Source of the DNA: Hymenobacter fodinae
Lineage (GTDB): Bacteria > Bacteroidota > Bacteroidia > Cytophagales > Hymenobacteraceae
Direction: 5' to 3'
NCBI RefSeq assembly: GCF_004745825.1
Contig: NZ_SRLA01000005.1
Span: forward strand, 97,106-129,105
Length of the DNA: 32,000 nt
A program made the translations under genes and the position numbers. Shown in pieces: positions 7,604-16,278 of the stretch. Numbering within the stretch: the stretch's first letter is position 1; every line of letters starts with the position of its first letter. The notes beneath the pieces were generated by a model. That model searched no databases. It had not been told where the DNA came from and saw only the letters and a program-made list of their open reading frames with translations.

Positions 7604-10600
7604 GCGCCGACCGCCGCTTTATTGGCGAGGCGATAGAGTTCAGTGCTCTGCTTCTCGTAGGCCGCGCGCAGGGCTTTCAGCTCGGTCACCACCGCCTGAT
7701 TAGTGCTGATGATGCTCGACGCTACGTTCTGGCCGCTGTAGCCCGATTGCTGGGCCACGGACTGCACCGAGGACTTGACGAAGCTTTCCAGCCCCGTGAA
7801 GTTCACGCCCGAGGCATACACGTCGCGGCCGACGCCGAGCAGGGTATTGGCCGAGGCCAGCAGGTCTTGCGTCACGGATAGGTCGCCGCCCTGCGCCTTC
7901 TTGAGCAGGCCGCCGAAACTGGATTGCGCCACGTCCAGCTTTTGCAGTGGGTTCAGGCTGGAATTGCTGCCCAGCGCCTGGCTGTTGAAGAAATTGTCGA
8001 ACGCGGCCGTCAGCTGCTCGAACGAGGAAAAGCCCGCCTGCTGGGCCTTGATGTTGCCTTCCAGGGCGGTTTTCTGCTTGGCGTACTCGGCGTTGATCTT
8101 TTCCAGCGGGAAGCCCAGCTTGTTCGCCCACTTGAACATGCTGTCAAACTGGTCGTTGAGCGCTTTCATGGGCGCTTCCAGCGGATCGACCACCTTGCCG
8201 AGGCTGTCGTACCACTGGCCGAAGCCGAAAGCGCTGGATAGGTCTTTCAGGTTGCCGGTCCCGACCTTCTTGAGGATGGTGCGGAATGTCTCACTGAGGC
8301 CCGTCGTGCCGGCTTCTGCTTTCTTGAGCGCCGCCGACATGAACGCCGCGAGGTCGTTGCCGAAATTCTGCTCAGTGGCGCCGGTGCCGAGGCGCAGGCC
8401 GTCGCGGCTGCCCACGGTGGCAAACAGGCTGCCTCTGGTTTTACCGCCGACGCTCTTGATGAGCTGCTGATAAGCCGTGACCTGCGTAAACAGGTTGGCG
8501 AGGATCTTCTCGTTTTCGGCATTGCCGCCCTTGAGATTGCCGCGCCCGAACTGCTTGCCGTTGCTCAGGTCGATGCCGCCCCATTCGGCCTTATCGGATG
8601 GGGGAGCGCCACCGAACAGCCCGCCGACGGCCGTGCCGAGGAACGAGCCAGCCGCCGCGCCCAGCGGGCCACCCAAGCCGCCACCGATGATGCCGCCGAT
8701 CGTGCCGGTGGCCGCGTTGACGTAGCCGTTGCGGTTGCCGAGGCCCAACAGGTTCGCCCCGATGCCACCCGCCAGACCGCCCGCGATGCTGCCGAAGGTG
8801 CCGGCACGGGTAATGAAGTTGGCGATGTTGCCACTCGCCTCCGCGCCGAAGCCGAGAGAAGCAGACAGGCCCAGGCTATGCGCACCAAGGCCCGCCGTCA
8901 GGCTTTTGCCTGCCAGAAAGGCTTTGCCCGCGCTCAGCAGTGAGGAACCGGTGCCGAGCAGGCTGAACCCGCCGCCACTGCCGCCCGAGCTGCCGAGCGT
9001 CTGGGCAATCGCTCCCTGCGAAAAGCCCGCCGCGCCCGCGCCGCCGCCGATCAGCGACACGACGATAGGGCGGATAGCGGCCTGATAGGTCAGGTCAGCG
9101 AGGAAGTTGACAAACATGGATTTGAGGCCGTCCAGCATCCGGCTGAACACGCTGCCGTTCTTGTCGAGGCTGAAGGCATTGCGCCACGTATCGGCGAAAC
9201 TGTCGTCAATGCTCTTGGCGAAGCGCTGGAAGGTCTTGCCGGCCGGGCTGTCCAATTCGGCCTGCACCCGCAGCTTGTCCAGCTCGTCGCGGGCGTTGGC
9301 GATGTTCTTGCCGATGGCTTCCGTTTCCTCAGCGGTTTTGGCGAACGGGCGCAGGCGCTCCATCTCGGCAATGGTGTCGTATAGCCGCTCATACTCATTG
9401 CGCGACGACTTAACCGCATCATCCAGCTCGCCCTGCAGCTTCTTTTGCTCTTTCAGGGCTTCACGGGCTGCCTTATCCGCGGCTTTCTTGGCTTCTTTAT
9501 CGACGTTCAGCCCGGCCGCGATCTTGGCGTAATCCTGCGAGATAGCGCGCCGATCGGGCGTGATGGCCTGGGCGAAGTCGTCGCCGAACAGGGCGCGCTC
9601 CCGCTGCTTGCGGGCGGCATTGGCCGCGCTGAACACGCTGCCGACCTCAACAGTAGGCGAGAGGCTGAAATTGGTGCCGTCATAGCCTGGAATGAAGCGA
9701 GATACTTCGTTGATCGACTGCTTGACCTTATTGATGGCAATGTCAATCAGGTTGACGCCTTCCTGAATACCCGCCACTAGGTAGTCAAAGGTGGTGCCGA
9801 GGCCGTCATAGACCATCTTGGCGCCCTCACCAATCCCGCGCAGCGCCATGCCGATGCCATTGGTGGCGCCGCTGGCAGCGTTAGCCTGTGCGATGACCGT
9901 ATCCAGGCTGGCCGTCATCTGCTTGAAGCCCTGCGTCGCCGTGCGTGGGAATTGCTCAAATTCGGCGCGGACCTTCTCGGTCTGGTTCAGGATGGCCGCG
10001 AATACGTCGCTCGACAGCAGCTTGCCTTCAACCACAAGCAGGCGCATTTGCCCGGTGGTCACGCCCAGCTCATCGGCAATGGCTTTGCCCACGGCCGGGA
10101 TGTTCTCCATAATGGAGTTGAATTCTTCGGCGCGGGTGTACTGGCTGGACAAGGCCTGACCCAGCTGCGTCAAACCGGCTTTCATGGCCTCGGGCAGCGC
10201 GCCGGAGGTCACGCCCAGCTTGGTCACCGTTTCGGTGAAGGCCAGCATGTCGTTATTGGTGGCCTTGATTTCCTCCCGCACGAAGGACAAGCGCTGCAGA
10301 ATGGAAAGGCTGGTTTCCATCTCGCTGCCTGTGGCGGCCGAAATCTTCCGCAGCTCACCCATGACGCGGGTGGTTTCCTGCCCACTCTTGGCGATGCTGC
10401 GAATACGGGCTTCCATAACGGTGTATTCATCAGCCGCCTTTATGACGTACCGTGCCGCAAATCCAGCCACCAGATATTGATAAGCAGTTCTGGCCGCATC
10501 AATCGTTTTAGTAATTCGGCCTAGGTTTTCGTTAAGCTTCTCCTGCTGATCAGCCAAACGCTTCGCTTGCATCTCTGCTGCCCGCATGGCGTTGTCTGCC

Positions 10601-10953
10601 CGTTGCTGCGCTGCCGCTGCTGCTGCTGTAGCGGTTGCTGTCTTTTGTGCCTCAAGGCCAAGCCGTTTTTCTGCTTCAGCCAGTTTTGCCGCCCCCAGCG
10701 TAGCGCCCCGCATGGCATTATCGGCTTTGTTCTGTGCCGCCGCTGCCGCCGTCGTAGCAGCATTGACTTTTTGCGTTTCAGCGGCCAGGGCCTTATCGGC
10801 ATTAGCTTTCTTGATGGCCGCTGTTTCAGCAGCTCTGGTCGATGCCTCGACATCCTTATTGGCTTTGCTGACATCATCCAGTGACCGCTTGATGACCCGT
10901 GCGCCGCTGTCATCGGCCTTGATCCCAACTACAATCCCGACATCGGTGGTCAC
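7600..10953 (-). CDS. tail tape measure protein
   Basis: 1117 aa. It has an Ala/Gln/Lys-rich coiled-coil N-terminus, a central helical region and a long Gly-rich hydrophobic segment (GGLAGGIGANLLGLG...GGIIGGGLGGPLGAAAG). It follows the G/GT chaperone genes. Confidence 0.9.
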   Translation of the reverse strand: MTTDVGIVVGIKADDSGARVIKRSLDDVSKANKDVEASTRAAETAAIKKANADKALAAETQKVNAATTAAAAAQNKADNAMRGATLGAAKLAEAEKRLGLEAQKTATATAAAAAAQQRADNAMRAAEMQAKRLADQQEKLNENLGRITKTIDAARTAYQYLVAGFAARYVIKAADEYTVMEARIRSIAKSGQETTRVMGELRKISAATGSEMETSLSILQRLSFVREEIKATNNDMLAFTETVTKLGVTSGALPEAMKAGLTQLGQALSSQYTRAEEFNSIMENIPAVGKAIADELGVTTGQMRLLVVEGKLLSSDVFAAILNQTEKVRAEFEQFPRTATQGFKQMTASLDTVIAQANAASGATNGIGMALRGIGEGAKMVYDGLGTTFDYLVAGIQEGVNLIDIAINKVKQSINEVSRFIPGYDGTNFSLSPTVEVGSVFSAANAARKQRERALFGDDFAQAITPDRRAISQDYAKIAAGLNVDKEAKKAADKAAREALKEQKKLQGELDDAVKSSRNEYERLYDTIAEMERLRPFAKTAEETEAIGKNIANARDELDKLRVQAELDSPAGKTFQRFAKSIDDSFADTWRNAFSLDKNGSVFSRMLDGLKSMFVNFLADLTYQAAIRPIVVSLIGGGAGAAGFSQGAIAQTLGSSGGSGGGFSLLGTGSSLLSAGKAFLAGKSLTAGLGAHSLGLSASLGFGAEASGNIANFITRAGTFGSIAGGLAGGIGANLLGLGNRNGYVNAATGTIGGIIGGGLGGPLGAAAGSFLGTAVGGLFGGAPPSDKAEWGGIDLSNGKQFGRGNLKGGNAENEKILANLFTQVTAYQQLIKSVGGKTRGSLFATVGSRDGLRLGTGATEQNFGNDLAAFMSAALKKAEAGTTGLSETFRTILKKVGTGNLKDLSSAFGFGQWYDSLGKVVDPLEAPMKALNDQFDSMFKWANKLGFPLEKINAEYAKQKTALEGNIKAQQAGFSSFEQLTAAFDNFFNSQALGSNSSLNPLQKLDVAQSSFGGLLKKAQGGDLSVTQDLLASANTLLGVGRDVYASGVNFTGLESFVKSSVQSVAQQSGYSGQNVASSIISTNQAVVTELKALRAAYEKQSTELYRLANKAAVGA

Positions 10954-11743
10954 TTCGGCGCATCCTTCGCTTCATGTTGCAGCAGCACGTTTTCCAGGGC
11001 GCGGATGTGGCTCTCGAACACGTCGAAGTCGCCGACATCGTAGCGCTGGGCGTACCGATCGAGGGAGGACCACGGTATCGGGCCGGCGACCATCCCTATC
11101 GGCCTATCATAGCGCAGCGAGTTGAAGGCGTCCAGATAAAAGCCGAGATGCGGCATGAGGCGCGGCTGATCGTCCAGCGCCTTTACCGTCTGGCCCTTGG
11201 CCCTGACAGCCAGTAGATGTTCGAGGTGCGGCCCCCAGCGCAGGTTCCACGCTAGGGCCTCGGTTAGTTTTTTTCCTCAGCCTCGTAGCGCTTGCGGAAA
11301 TTGGCGGCATTGGCTGCCTCGGTGTCAAGCAGCTCGTACAGGTCAGGCGCGTCGATCAACAGCTGCTTGACTTCCTGTTTCGCGGCATCGTCGTAGGGGA
11401 TAGCCTGGCCGTCTTGGGTTTTCAGGCCGACAATGATGGCTTCCGCGAACACCTGCCGGTTGCGGGCGATAAGCTCCGGATCGGGCTGGTCCTTCGGCTT
11501 TTCCTTGGCTTCCTTGCTTTCCATGTATGGCACAACGGTTTCGCGGAATGCCTTGATGAATTTCTGGTTCCGGCTGTGGCCGCGCAGAATGGTGAAGGTG
11601 CCGTAACCCTCAACCTCAATGTCCACGCCCTTTTCGGTTTCCAGCACGGGATCGGTTTCAAACTTGTCGCGCAGGCCGGAAATAAACGAGCCGAGCAGAT
11701 CTTGCGCGGCTTGGGGACTGGCTTTGTTTTTCTTGGTGGTCAT
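10950..11743 (-). CDS. tail assembly chaperone G-T fusion made by -1 programmed ribosomal frameshift
   Basis: The -1 frame is open from the slippery heptamer (11273-11267) through the annotated 68-aa ORF to the stop at 10950. It reads ...EEKKLTEALAWNLRWGPHLEHLLAVRAKGQTVKALDDQPRLMPHLGFYLDAF... and the T part overlaps the tape measure start by 4 nt. Confidence 0.65.
11264..11743 (-). CDS. tail assembly chaperone (gpG analogue)
   Basis: 159 aa from ATG 11743, with SD GAGAGG upstream; the ORF-track start at 11797 is less likely. The protein is acidic, lies between the tail tube and tape measure genes, and ends in the slippery sequence A AAA AAC. Confidence 0.7.
   Translation of the reverse strand: MTTKKNKASPQAAQDLLGSFISGLRDKFETDPVLETEKGVDIEVEGYGTFTILRGHSRNQKFIKAFRETVVPYMESKEAKEKPKDQPDPELIARNRQVFAEAIIVGLKTQDGQAIPYDDAAKQEVKQLLIDAPDLYELLDTEAANAANFRKRYEAEEKN
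11267..11273 (-). promoter_or_regulatory. -1 frameshift slippery heptamer A AAA AAC
   Basis: The minus strand reads GAG GAA AAA AAC TAA. The X XXY YYZ heptamer sits one codon before the G stop, and the -1 frame is open downstream. Confidence 0.65.
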
Positions 11744-11824
11744 GGTGTGCCTCTCGGGTAAAGGGTGGCGCTTCCCGACCCGATCAGGAAGCGCCATAGA
11801 AGTGGCGTCGGGTCGCCATTCGGT

Positions 11825-12748
11825 TTAGGCGGGGTCGCGCGTGATCTTCATGGCGCAGTCTTCCGTGGTGTCCACTGTAGCCGTCCAGCTCATGTTGGCC
11901 ATCACGTCGCTGTTGTTGCCGCCCGCGACCACCTGGCCCGCCGTGAACTTGATGCGCGGGAAGTAGATGGTGTAGCTACCGGTTTCAGGATCGTTGAAGG
12001 TCAGCGTCAGGCTGGTGTATTCATCGGCCAGGAACTTGTCGTACAGGGCGCTATTGTTGAAATAAGCGTTCAATTCGCCGGTGACCTCGAAGCGGCCCAG
12101 GCCGATACCGTCCGTGAAGCCGGAGCCGACGACGGGACGCAGGCGGTTATTGTTGGTGCCGCTGAGGGACACGCTCATCACCGATACCGCGCCGATGCCG
12201 CCGCCCAGCTGGATCGTAACATCATCCGTGGCGCGGAAGAAATCGCCGTTGTCTGGGTCGGCATAGGTAGCGCCCGCAACGGCGGCGTTAGCCGACGTGC
12301 CCTGCTTGCCCATGAAGCCAAAGCTGCCTTCGGCCTTGCCGTTGGCCGTCAGGTTCAGGCTGAAGGTGTTGACGACCGCACCGGTGATGCGGTGGTAGCG
12401 AAGCCCAGCGCTGGTGATAAACTTGTTCTCGAAGGTGAAGGACTGCAGGGCCGTACCGTTTTTCAGCACGTCGCTGGCCCAGGTGCTGCACATGAAGCCT
12501 TCCAGCAGATCATCAAAGCTGCCATAGGAAAACTCGATGGGCAGGTCAAAGCTGGCGTTCTGGCCCGAGGAAACGGCTGCCGGCACGTTACGGTCGGGGC
12601 GCATCTCGTCGCTGATGAGGAATTGCTTTTCCGGCGTCAGGGTCGGGACACCCGTGGTACGTACTTTCTTGAAGCCCGGAGTGGCAGGCGTGACGCCGTA
12701 GCTCGCTTCCTTGACGTAGGCGGTCTGGGTTTGGGAACTGTCGGTCAT
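11825..12748 (-). CDS. major tail tube protein
   Basis: 307 aa, beta-rich, placed directly upstream of the chaperone genes and downstream of the tail terminator-like gene. The N-terminus is MTDSSQTQTAYVKEASYGVTPATPGFKKVRTTG. Confidence 0.65.
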   Translation of the reverse strand: MTDSSQTQTAYVKEASYGVTPATPGFKKVRTTGVPTLTPEKQFLISDEMRPDRNVPAAVSSGQNASFDLPIEFSYGSFDDLLEGFMCSTWASDVLKNGTALQSFTFENKFITSAGLRYHRITGAVVNTFSLNLTANGKAEGSFGFMGKQGTSANAAVAGATYADPDNGDFFRATDDVTIQLGGGIGAVSVMSVSLSGTNNNRLRPVVGSGFTDGIGLGRFEVTGELNAYFNNSALYDKFLADEYTSLTLTFNDPETGSYTIYFPRIKFTAGQVVAGGNNSDVMANMSWTATVDTTEDCAMKITRDPA

Positions 12749-12757
12749 CGCTTGCTC

Positions 12758-13165
12758 CTATGCAATGGTGTCGTATTCAAATTCAGCCTTGACGTTGACA
12801 TGATACCAGCCCGTCGAGGCGTTGCCAACCTCATTTAGGCGCACGTCGCGGAAGGAAATGCCCTCGACACGGCCGAGACGCTGGAAAATCGCTGTTACCT
12901 GATCGGCCAGCTGCATGGACTTGATCTTGCCATTGCCGAAAGGGGTGAGTATCTGGACGGTGACCAGCCCTTCCCGGCGAAACTGATTGCTGCCGGGGCT
13001 GCCGACGCTGGCCTGATAGCCCATGCTGTGTTGCACAGTCAGGCGAACCCAGGGCACATCGTTTGGCGTGGTAAATTCCACATCGTCATAGGCGACCGGC
13101 GTGCGCTCGTTCCACTCATTGGCAAAATGGGCATTGATCGCGGCGGCGGCGGCTTCGTAGCTCAC
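12758..13165 (-). CDS. tail terminator / tail completion protein (DUF4128-like)
   Basis: 135 aa with the pattern ...FTTPNDVPWVRLTVQHS...REGLVTVQILTPFGNGK...LADQVTAIFQ, which is typical of that family. Synteny is consistent. Confidence 0.55.
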   Translation of the reverse strand: MSYEAAAAAINAHFANEWNERTPVAYDDVEFTTPNDVPWVRLTVQHSMGYQASVGSPGSNQFRREGLVTVQILTPFGNGKIKSMQLADQVTAIFQRLGRVEGISFRDVRLNEVGNASTGWYHVNVKAEFEYDTIA

Positions 13166-13545
13166 TTCGTCCCTCGTTTCGCGGCAGCTTCAGCTTGTCG
13201 TTTCGCAAGCATGACGCCGATTTCCACGAAGTTGACCGGGGCTTGCTGGGAGCTGCCTTCATTCAGGCGCTCGATGTATGGTAGGCCGTTAGAGACATAC
13301 AGCACCTTTTCCTTGCCGGTGACGGGGCTGTCCTTGTAATCCTGCCGCGTAGTGCTTTCGGTCGTGGTCAGGTCTGGCGTATCGGCACTCAAGTTCCAGT
13401 TGGCGCGCGCCGTCCCTTCAGCGACCGGCGTGGCGGTGGCGATGTTGTCGGCGGCACGAATAGCGGTTTGACGCATCAAATAGGCCTGCACGTCATAGAC
13501 CTTGTGCTTCATGGCGGCGGCGATCTGTTGCTCGACGGAGGTCAT
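13162..13545 (-). CDS. HK97 gp10-like head-tail joining protein
   Basis: 127 aa with PVAEGTARANWNLS...YVSNGLPYIERLNEGSSQQAP, which resembles the HK97 gp10 family. Synteny is consistent. Confidence 0.55.
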   Translation of the reverse strand: MTSVEQQIAAAMKHKVYDVQAYLMRQTAIRAADNIATATPVAEGTARANWNLSADTPDLTTTESTTRQDYKDSPVTGKEKVLYVSNGLPYIERLNEGSSQQAPVNFVEIGVMLAKRQAEAAAKRGTK

Positions 13546-13820
13546 TTCAGTGTATCCATCAGCCGACGCTTAAGCAAGTCGCAGCCAACCATCCCAGTGA
13601 ATGTATCATGGCTCATTCCCTCACTAAAGGCAGTCTCAAGAAAGCCATCTGACCTGATTGCGATGATCCCAATAGCGACAAATTCACCGCTTTTGGCTCG
13701 GTTAAGCCCGCTGGAAAGCATGGCAGTTTCGTCAGAGTATTTTTCCTGACGAGATGAAAACAGGTAGACCGGCGCTCCGCCATTTTTCATCGTGATCTTG
13801 CCGATCCTGCATCCCGTCAT
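13542..13820 (-). CDS. hypothetical protein (lower-GC insert among connector genes)
   Basis: 92-aa ORF whose start and stop each overlap a neighbour by 4 nt. By eye it is near 50% GC against about 60% in the neighbours. No motif recognised. Confidence 0.4.
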   Translation of the reverse strand: MTGCRIGKITMKNGGAPVYLFSSRQEKYSDETAMLSSGLNRAKSGEFVAIGIIAIRSDGFLETAFSEGMSHDTFTGMVGCDLLKRRLMDTLK

Positions 13821-14167
13821 CGCCGCACCTGCACCTTGCTCAAAATCAGCGTGTCGCCCGGCTGGACGACCTCAATGGTGACGATAGCATATTGGTCGTC
13901 GCCATCAACAATGATTTCCTTGGGACTGACCGCGCCGGCCACCAGGCAGCGCTTGTCGCCGCGTCGGATGATCTCACCGTCAATCTCGCTGTCCTTGTAA
14001 TCGGTAAACACGGCCTTGACTGTGCGCGATGTGTCCACGGCATCGGCCATCGTGTGCGTCCGAGGATCGTAAGCCCCCAGCTGACGGTTTAGCAGCGTGA
14101 TGTCGCGGCCAAACTCGGCAATCATTTCCTGGGCGTCGGTGACAAAATCGTTGTAAAACTCGCTCAT
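13817..14167 (-). CDS. head closure / head-tail adaptor protein (putative)
   Basis: 116 aa. The call rests on size and position between the connector protein and the gp10-like gene. Confidence 0.5.
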   Translation of the reverse strand: MSEFYNDFVTDAQEMIAEFGRDITLLNRQLGAYDPRTHTMADAVDTSRTVKAVFTDYKDSEIDGEIIRRGDKRCLVAGAVSPKEIIVDGDDQYAIVTIEVVQPGDTLILSKVQVRR

Positions 14168-14643
14168 ACCCGCACCACGGGCACATTCAGGCCGTTGGAG
14201 GCCAGCAGCGGGGCCAGGTAGCCGGACACGGCGGGGCGGATCGTCGGGCGCTGTCGGGCCTCGAAAAACTCGGTTTCCAGCACGTCAACCTTCTTACGCT
14301 TGACTTGCGGGGTGCTGCCTATGTTCGGATTGAGGTTGCCTGATAGCGCATCAAGGGCCAGCTCGGCGACGGCGCGCTTCAGGGCATCGGGAATGGTTGT
14401 GCTGTCGTAGGCCAGCGAATAGCGCGGCCACGAGAGCAGGGTAGAGGGGATGGTTTTGCCAACGAAGCGCGGCCCATACACCTGCTCGATATAATCCGTG
14501 GCGCGGACGATGGCGGCTTGCTTTACCACATCATCGCCCGTCCAGGAGCCGTTGCCGCGCAAGGAATGATAGTCGTCGGCGTAGTCCACGCTGATCAGCG
14601 CGTTCGCCTCATCCCCATTCAGACCCGTCGCGGCAATGAACAT
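14164..14643 (-). CDS. head-tail connector protein (gp6-like, putative)
   Basis: 159 aa, the first connector-sized gene downstream of the capsid gene. It has the helical pattern ...DYADDYH...AIVRATDYIEQ... typical of phage connector/DnaT-like adaptors. Confidence 0.5.
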   Translation of the reverse strand: MFIAATGLNGDEANALISVDYADDYHSLRGNGSWTGDDVVKQAAIVRATDYIEQVYGPRFVGKTIPSTLLSWPRYSLAYDSTTIPDALKRAVAELALDALSGNLNPNIGSTPQVKRKKVDVLETEFFEARQRPTIRPAVSGYLAPLLASNGLNVPVVRV

Positions 14644-14648
14644 GGATA

Positions 14649-15023
14649 TTATTCCTGTGGGACCAGAGCAAGAAAATCGGCTTTCTTGGTCACGCCATCG
14701 TAACCAATGCCTTTCTCGTCCAAGTAAGCTTTGATCTGCGGAATGGTGCTTTCATTGGTCGGAACGCCATCAGCAGCTTCTCCGTCTGCGCCCTGGTCGT
14801 CACCTTCCAGCTCAGCCGCGACTGCCAGCGGGTTGCGCTCTTTCGTGCCAGGTTCGCCGCCATCGGTGGCACGAACGGCAGGCGGATTAGCGTATTGTGA
14901 TTTCAAGGTGCCGCGTTCGCTGCCATCTGCGCCGCCTTGATTTTCAGCCGCGTCCAGTTTGGCTTGTCGTTGGTTCAGGAACTTTGCGCGTTCAGCACGC
15001 ACATCGACTTGATTGGTGGTCAT
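14649..15023 (-). CDS. hypothetical head-associated protein with a C-terminal HeH/SAP-like motif
   Basis: 124 aa, acidic and Gly-rich in the middle. The C-terminus TIPQIKAYLDEKGIGYDGVTKKADFLALV resembles a helix-extended-helix (Rho-N/SAP-like) motif. Confidence 0.45.
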   Translation of the reverse strand: MTTNQVDVRAERAKFLNQRQAKLDAAENQGGADGSERGTLKSQYANPPAVRATDGGEPGTKERNPLAVAAELEGDDQGADGEAADGVPTNESTIPQIKAYLDEKGIGYDGVTKKADFLALVPQE

Positions 15024-15044
15024 GGTACTTACTCCATAATGAAA

Positions 15045-15076
15045 GAGGAAAAGGAAGCCGGGCGCACCGGCTTCCC
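15045..15076 (-). terminator. rho-independent terminator directly after the major capsid gene
   Basis: The minus strand reads GGAAGCCGG-tgcgc-CCGGCTTCC followed by TTTTCCTCTTTC: a 9-bp perfect GC-rich stem (15075-15053) starting 2 nt after the capsid stop. Confidence 0.7.
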
Positions 15077-15077
15077 A

Positions 15078-16058
15078 TTAAGCGATTTTGTGGATGAACT
15101 TGACGATACCGATGTTTTTCTGGTTCGTCTTTGGGGTCCACTTGTTGATGGTGGCCAGTTCGGCGTTGGTCGCGTTCGGCGGGCTGGTCGTAGCAACCGA
15201 ACCCGTGAAGGAAACGCCGGTTGGCACGAACATGAAGCGCTTGCGCGATACCAGGTATTCCTGACCGCCATTGATCAACGCGTTGCGCTCAACTTCCTGC
15301 GGGGTTTTAACACCGCCCTCACCGAACAGAACCGAGCCTTCCGCAAACAGGTAGGACGTGTAGATGCCCGTGCCGGCATCGTAGGTCATGGTATCGTCTT
15401 CGATGATGCGCAGGCTGCCGTAGTAGTCGCCGGCAAAGGCTACACCGTCTTGAGGCGGGATTGTGCTGATCAAGCCCTGCTTGCGGAGGGCGGCAACCGT
15501 TTTGCTGTGCATACCGACAGCCGTCAGTTTCTTGCGACGGTCGCCCAGCAGTGTTTCGGCGTCAATGAAGCTGTCGGCATCAATGACGGCAGCGGCACCC
15601 GAGAGGCTGGAAATGTCCAACACGTTGGCCGTAACTGCGCCAACAGCACCCGCCATAACCGAGAGCAAGGCAGACGAATAATGACGGTCCCAGAAGGCGG
15701 CCACGCGGTCGGCAATCAGGCGCATCGGGTCGTTACCCAGGAAGTCGGCGACCAAATCCGTCGAACCCCAGCTTTCGGCGCGCTCAAGCACTGGCGCCTT
15801 ACCCGAGCCGGTAGTGACTTTACCGACGGTCAGGTTAGTGCCTTCCTGCATAATCTGACCAGAGCCAGTCAGGTCATTGAAGAACGGGAAAATGACCTCA
15901 AAACCGCCTGCATCCAGCATAGCTTGCACGGCGGGGTCAGTGTTGCGGCGAATAATGCCGGACTGATAAAAGGCATTCGTCTCGATCGACTGTTGGGTGA
16001 TGTAATTGGAAACATTGGTCGGAAAAACGCCAATGTCGGACAGTTGGGTGATAGCCAT
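15078..16058 (-). CDS. major capsid protein
   Basis: 326 aa from ATG 16058, with GGAG 7 nt upstream; the ORF-track start at 16070 is a TTG. It follows the scaffold gene and is flanked by hairpin terminators, as expected for a highly expressed structural gene. Confidence 0.75.
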   Translation of the reverse strand: MAITQLSDIGVFPTNVSNYITQQSIETNAFYQSGIIRRNTDPAVQAMLDAGGFEVIFPFFNDLTGSGQIMQEGTNLTVGKVTTGSGKAPVLERAESWGSTDLVADFLGNDPMRLIADRVAAFWDRHYSSALLSVMAGAVGAVTANVLDISSLSGAAAVIDADSFIDAETLLGDRRKKLTAVGMHSKTVAALRKQGLISTIPPQDGVAFAGDYYGSLRIIEDDTMTYDAGTGIYTSYLFAEGSVLFGEGGVKTPQEVERNALINGGQEYLVSRKRFMFVPTGVSFTGSVATTSPPNATNAELATINKWTPKTNQKNIGIVKFIHKIA

Positions 16059-16250
16059 GGAAAACTCCAATAGAGGGAAGTGTAATGTGAGCCGCTTCCT
16101 TATTGGCGTCGCATCCCGCTATCCAATGCCGCAACGGCCATGAAACCGTGTCATTCAGCAGCATCCCGCTGTCCGAAAAGGCGCTGTGATCATCCCGATC
16201 AGGCGCAACATGCGGCTATGATGACATGAAAGCCAATGACGTGCAAGCAT

Positions 16251-16275
16251 TAAAAAAGCCCCGGTGAAGGGGCTT
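16251..16275 (-). terminator. rho-independent terminator after the scaffold gene
   Basis: The minus strand reads AAGCCCC-ttcacc-GGGGCTT followed by TTTTAATG, beginning 3 nt after the scaffold stop codon. Confidence 0.65.
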
Positions 16276-16278
16276 AAT

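Noticed and set aside
11107-11328. 73-aa minus-strand ORF bridging the chaperone gene and the 68-aa ORF
   Set aside because: It is Pro/Arg/Ala-rich and in the wrong frame. The gap is explained by the -1 frameshift extension from the A AAA AAC site.
11765-12838. 357-aa plus-strand ORF. Similar long plus-strand ORFs occur at 5269-6252, 5927-6604, 6866-7636, 14937-16073, 18415-19692, 20748-21233 and 21202-22821.
   Set aside because: These are shadow ORFs antisense to well-supported minus-strand structural genes in high-GC DNA. Their translations are Arg/Ala/Gly/His-rich low-complexity sequence with no motifs, no RBS and no operon logic.
15937-16164. 75-aa minus-strand ORF in the capsid leader
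   Set aside because: It overlaps the capsid start out of frame, has a His/Cys/Trp-rich unnatural composition, and has no RBS.
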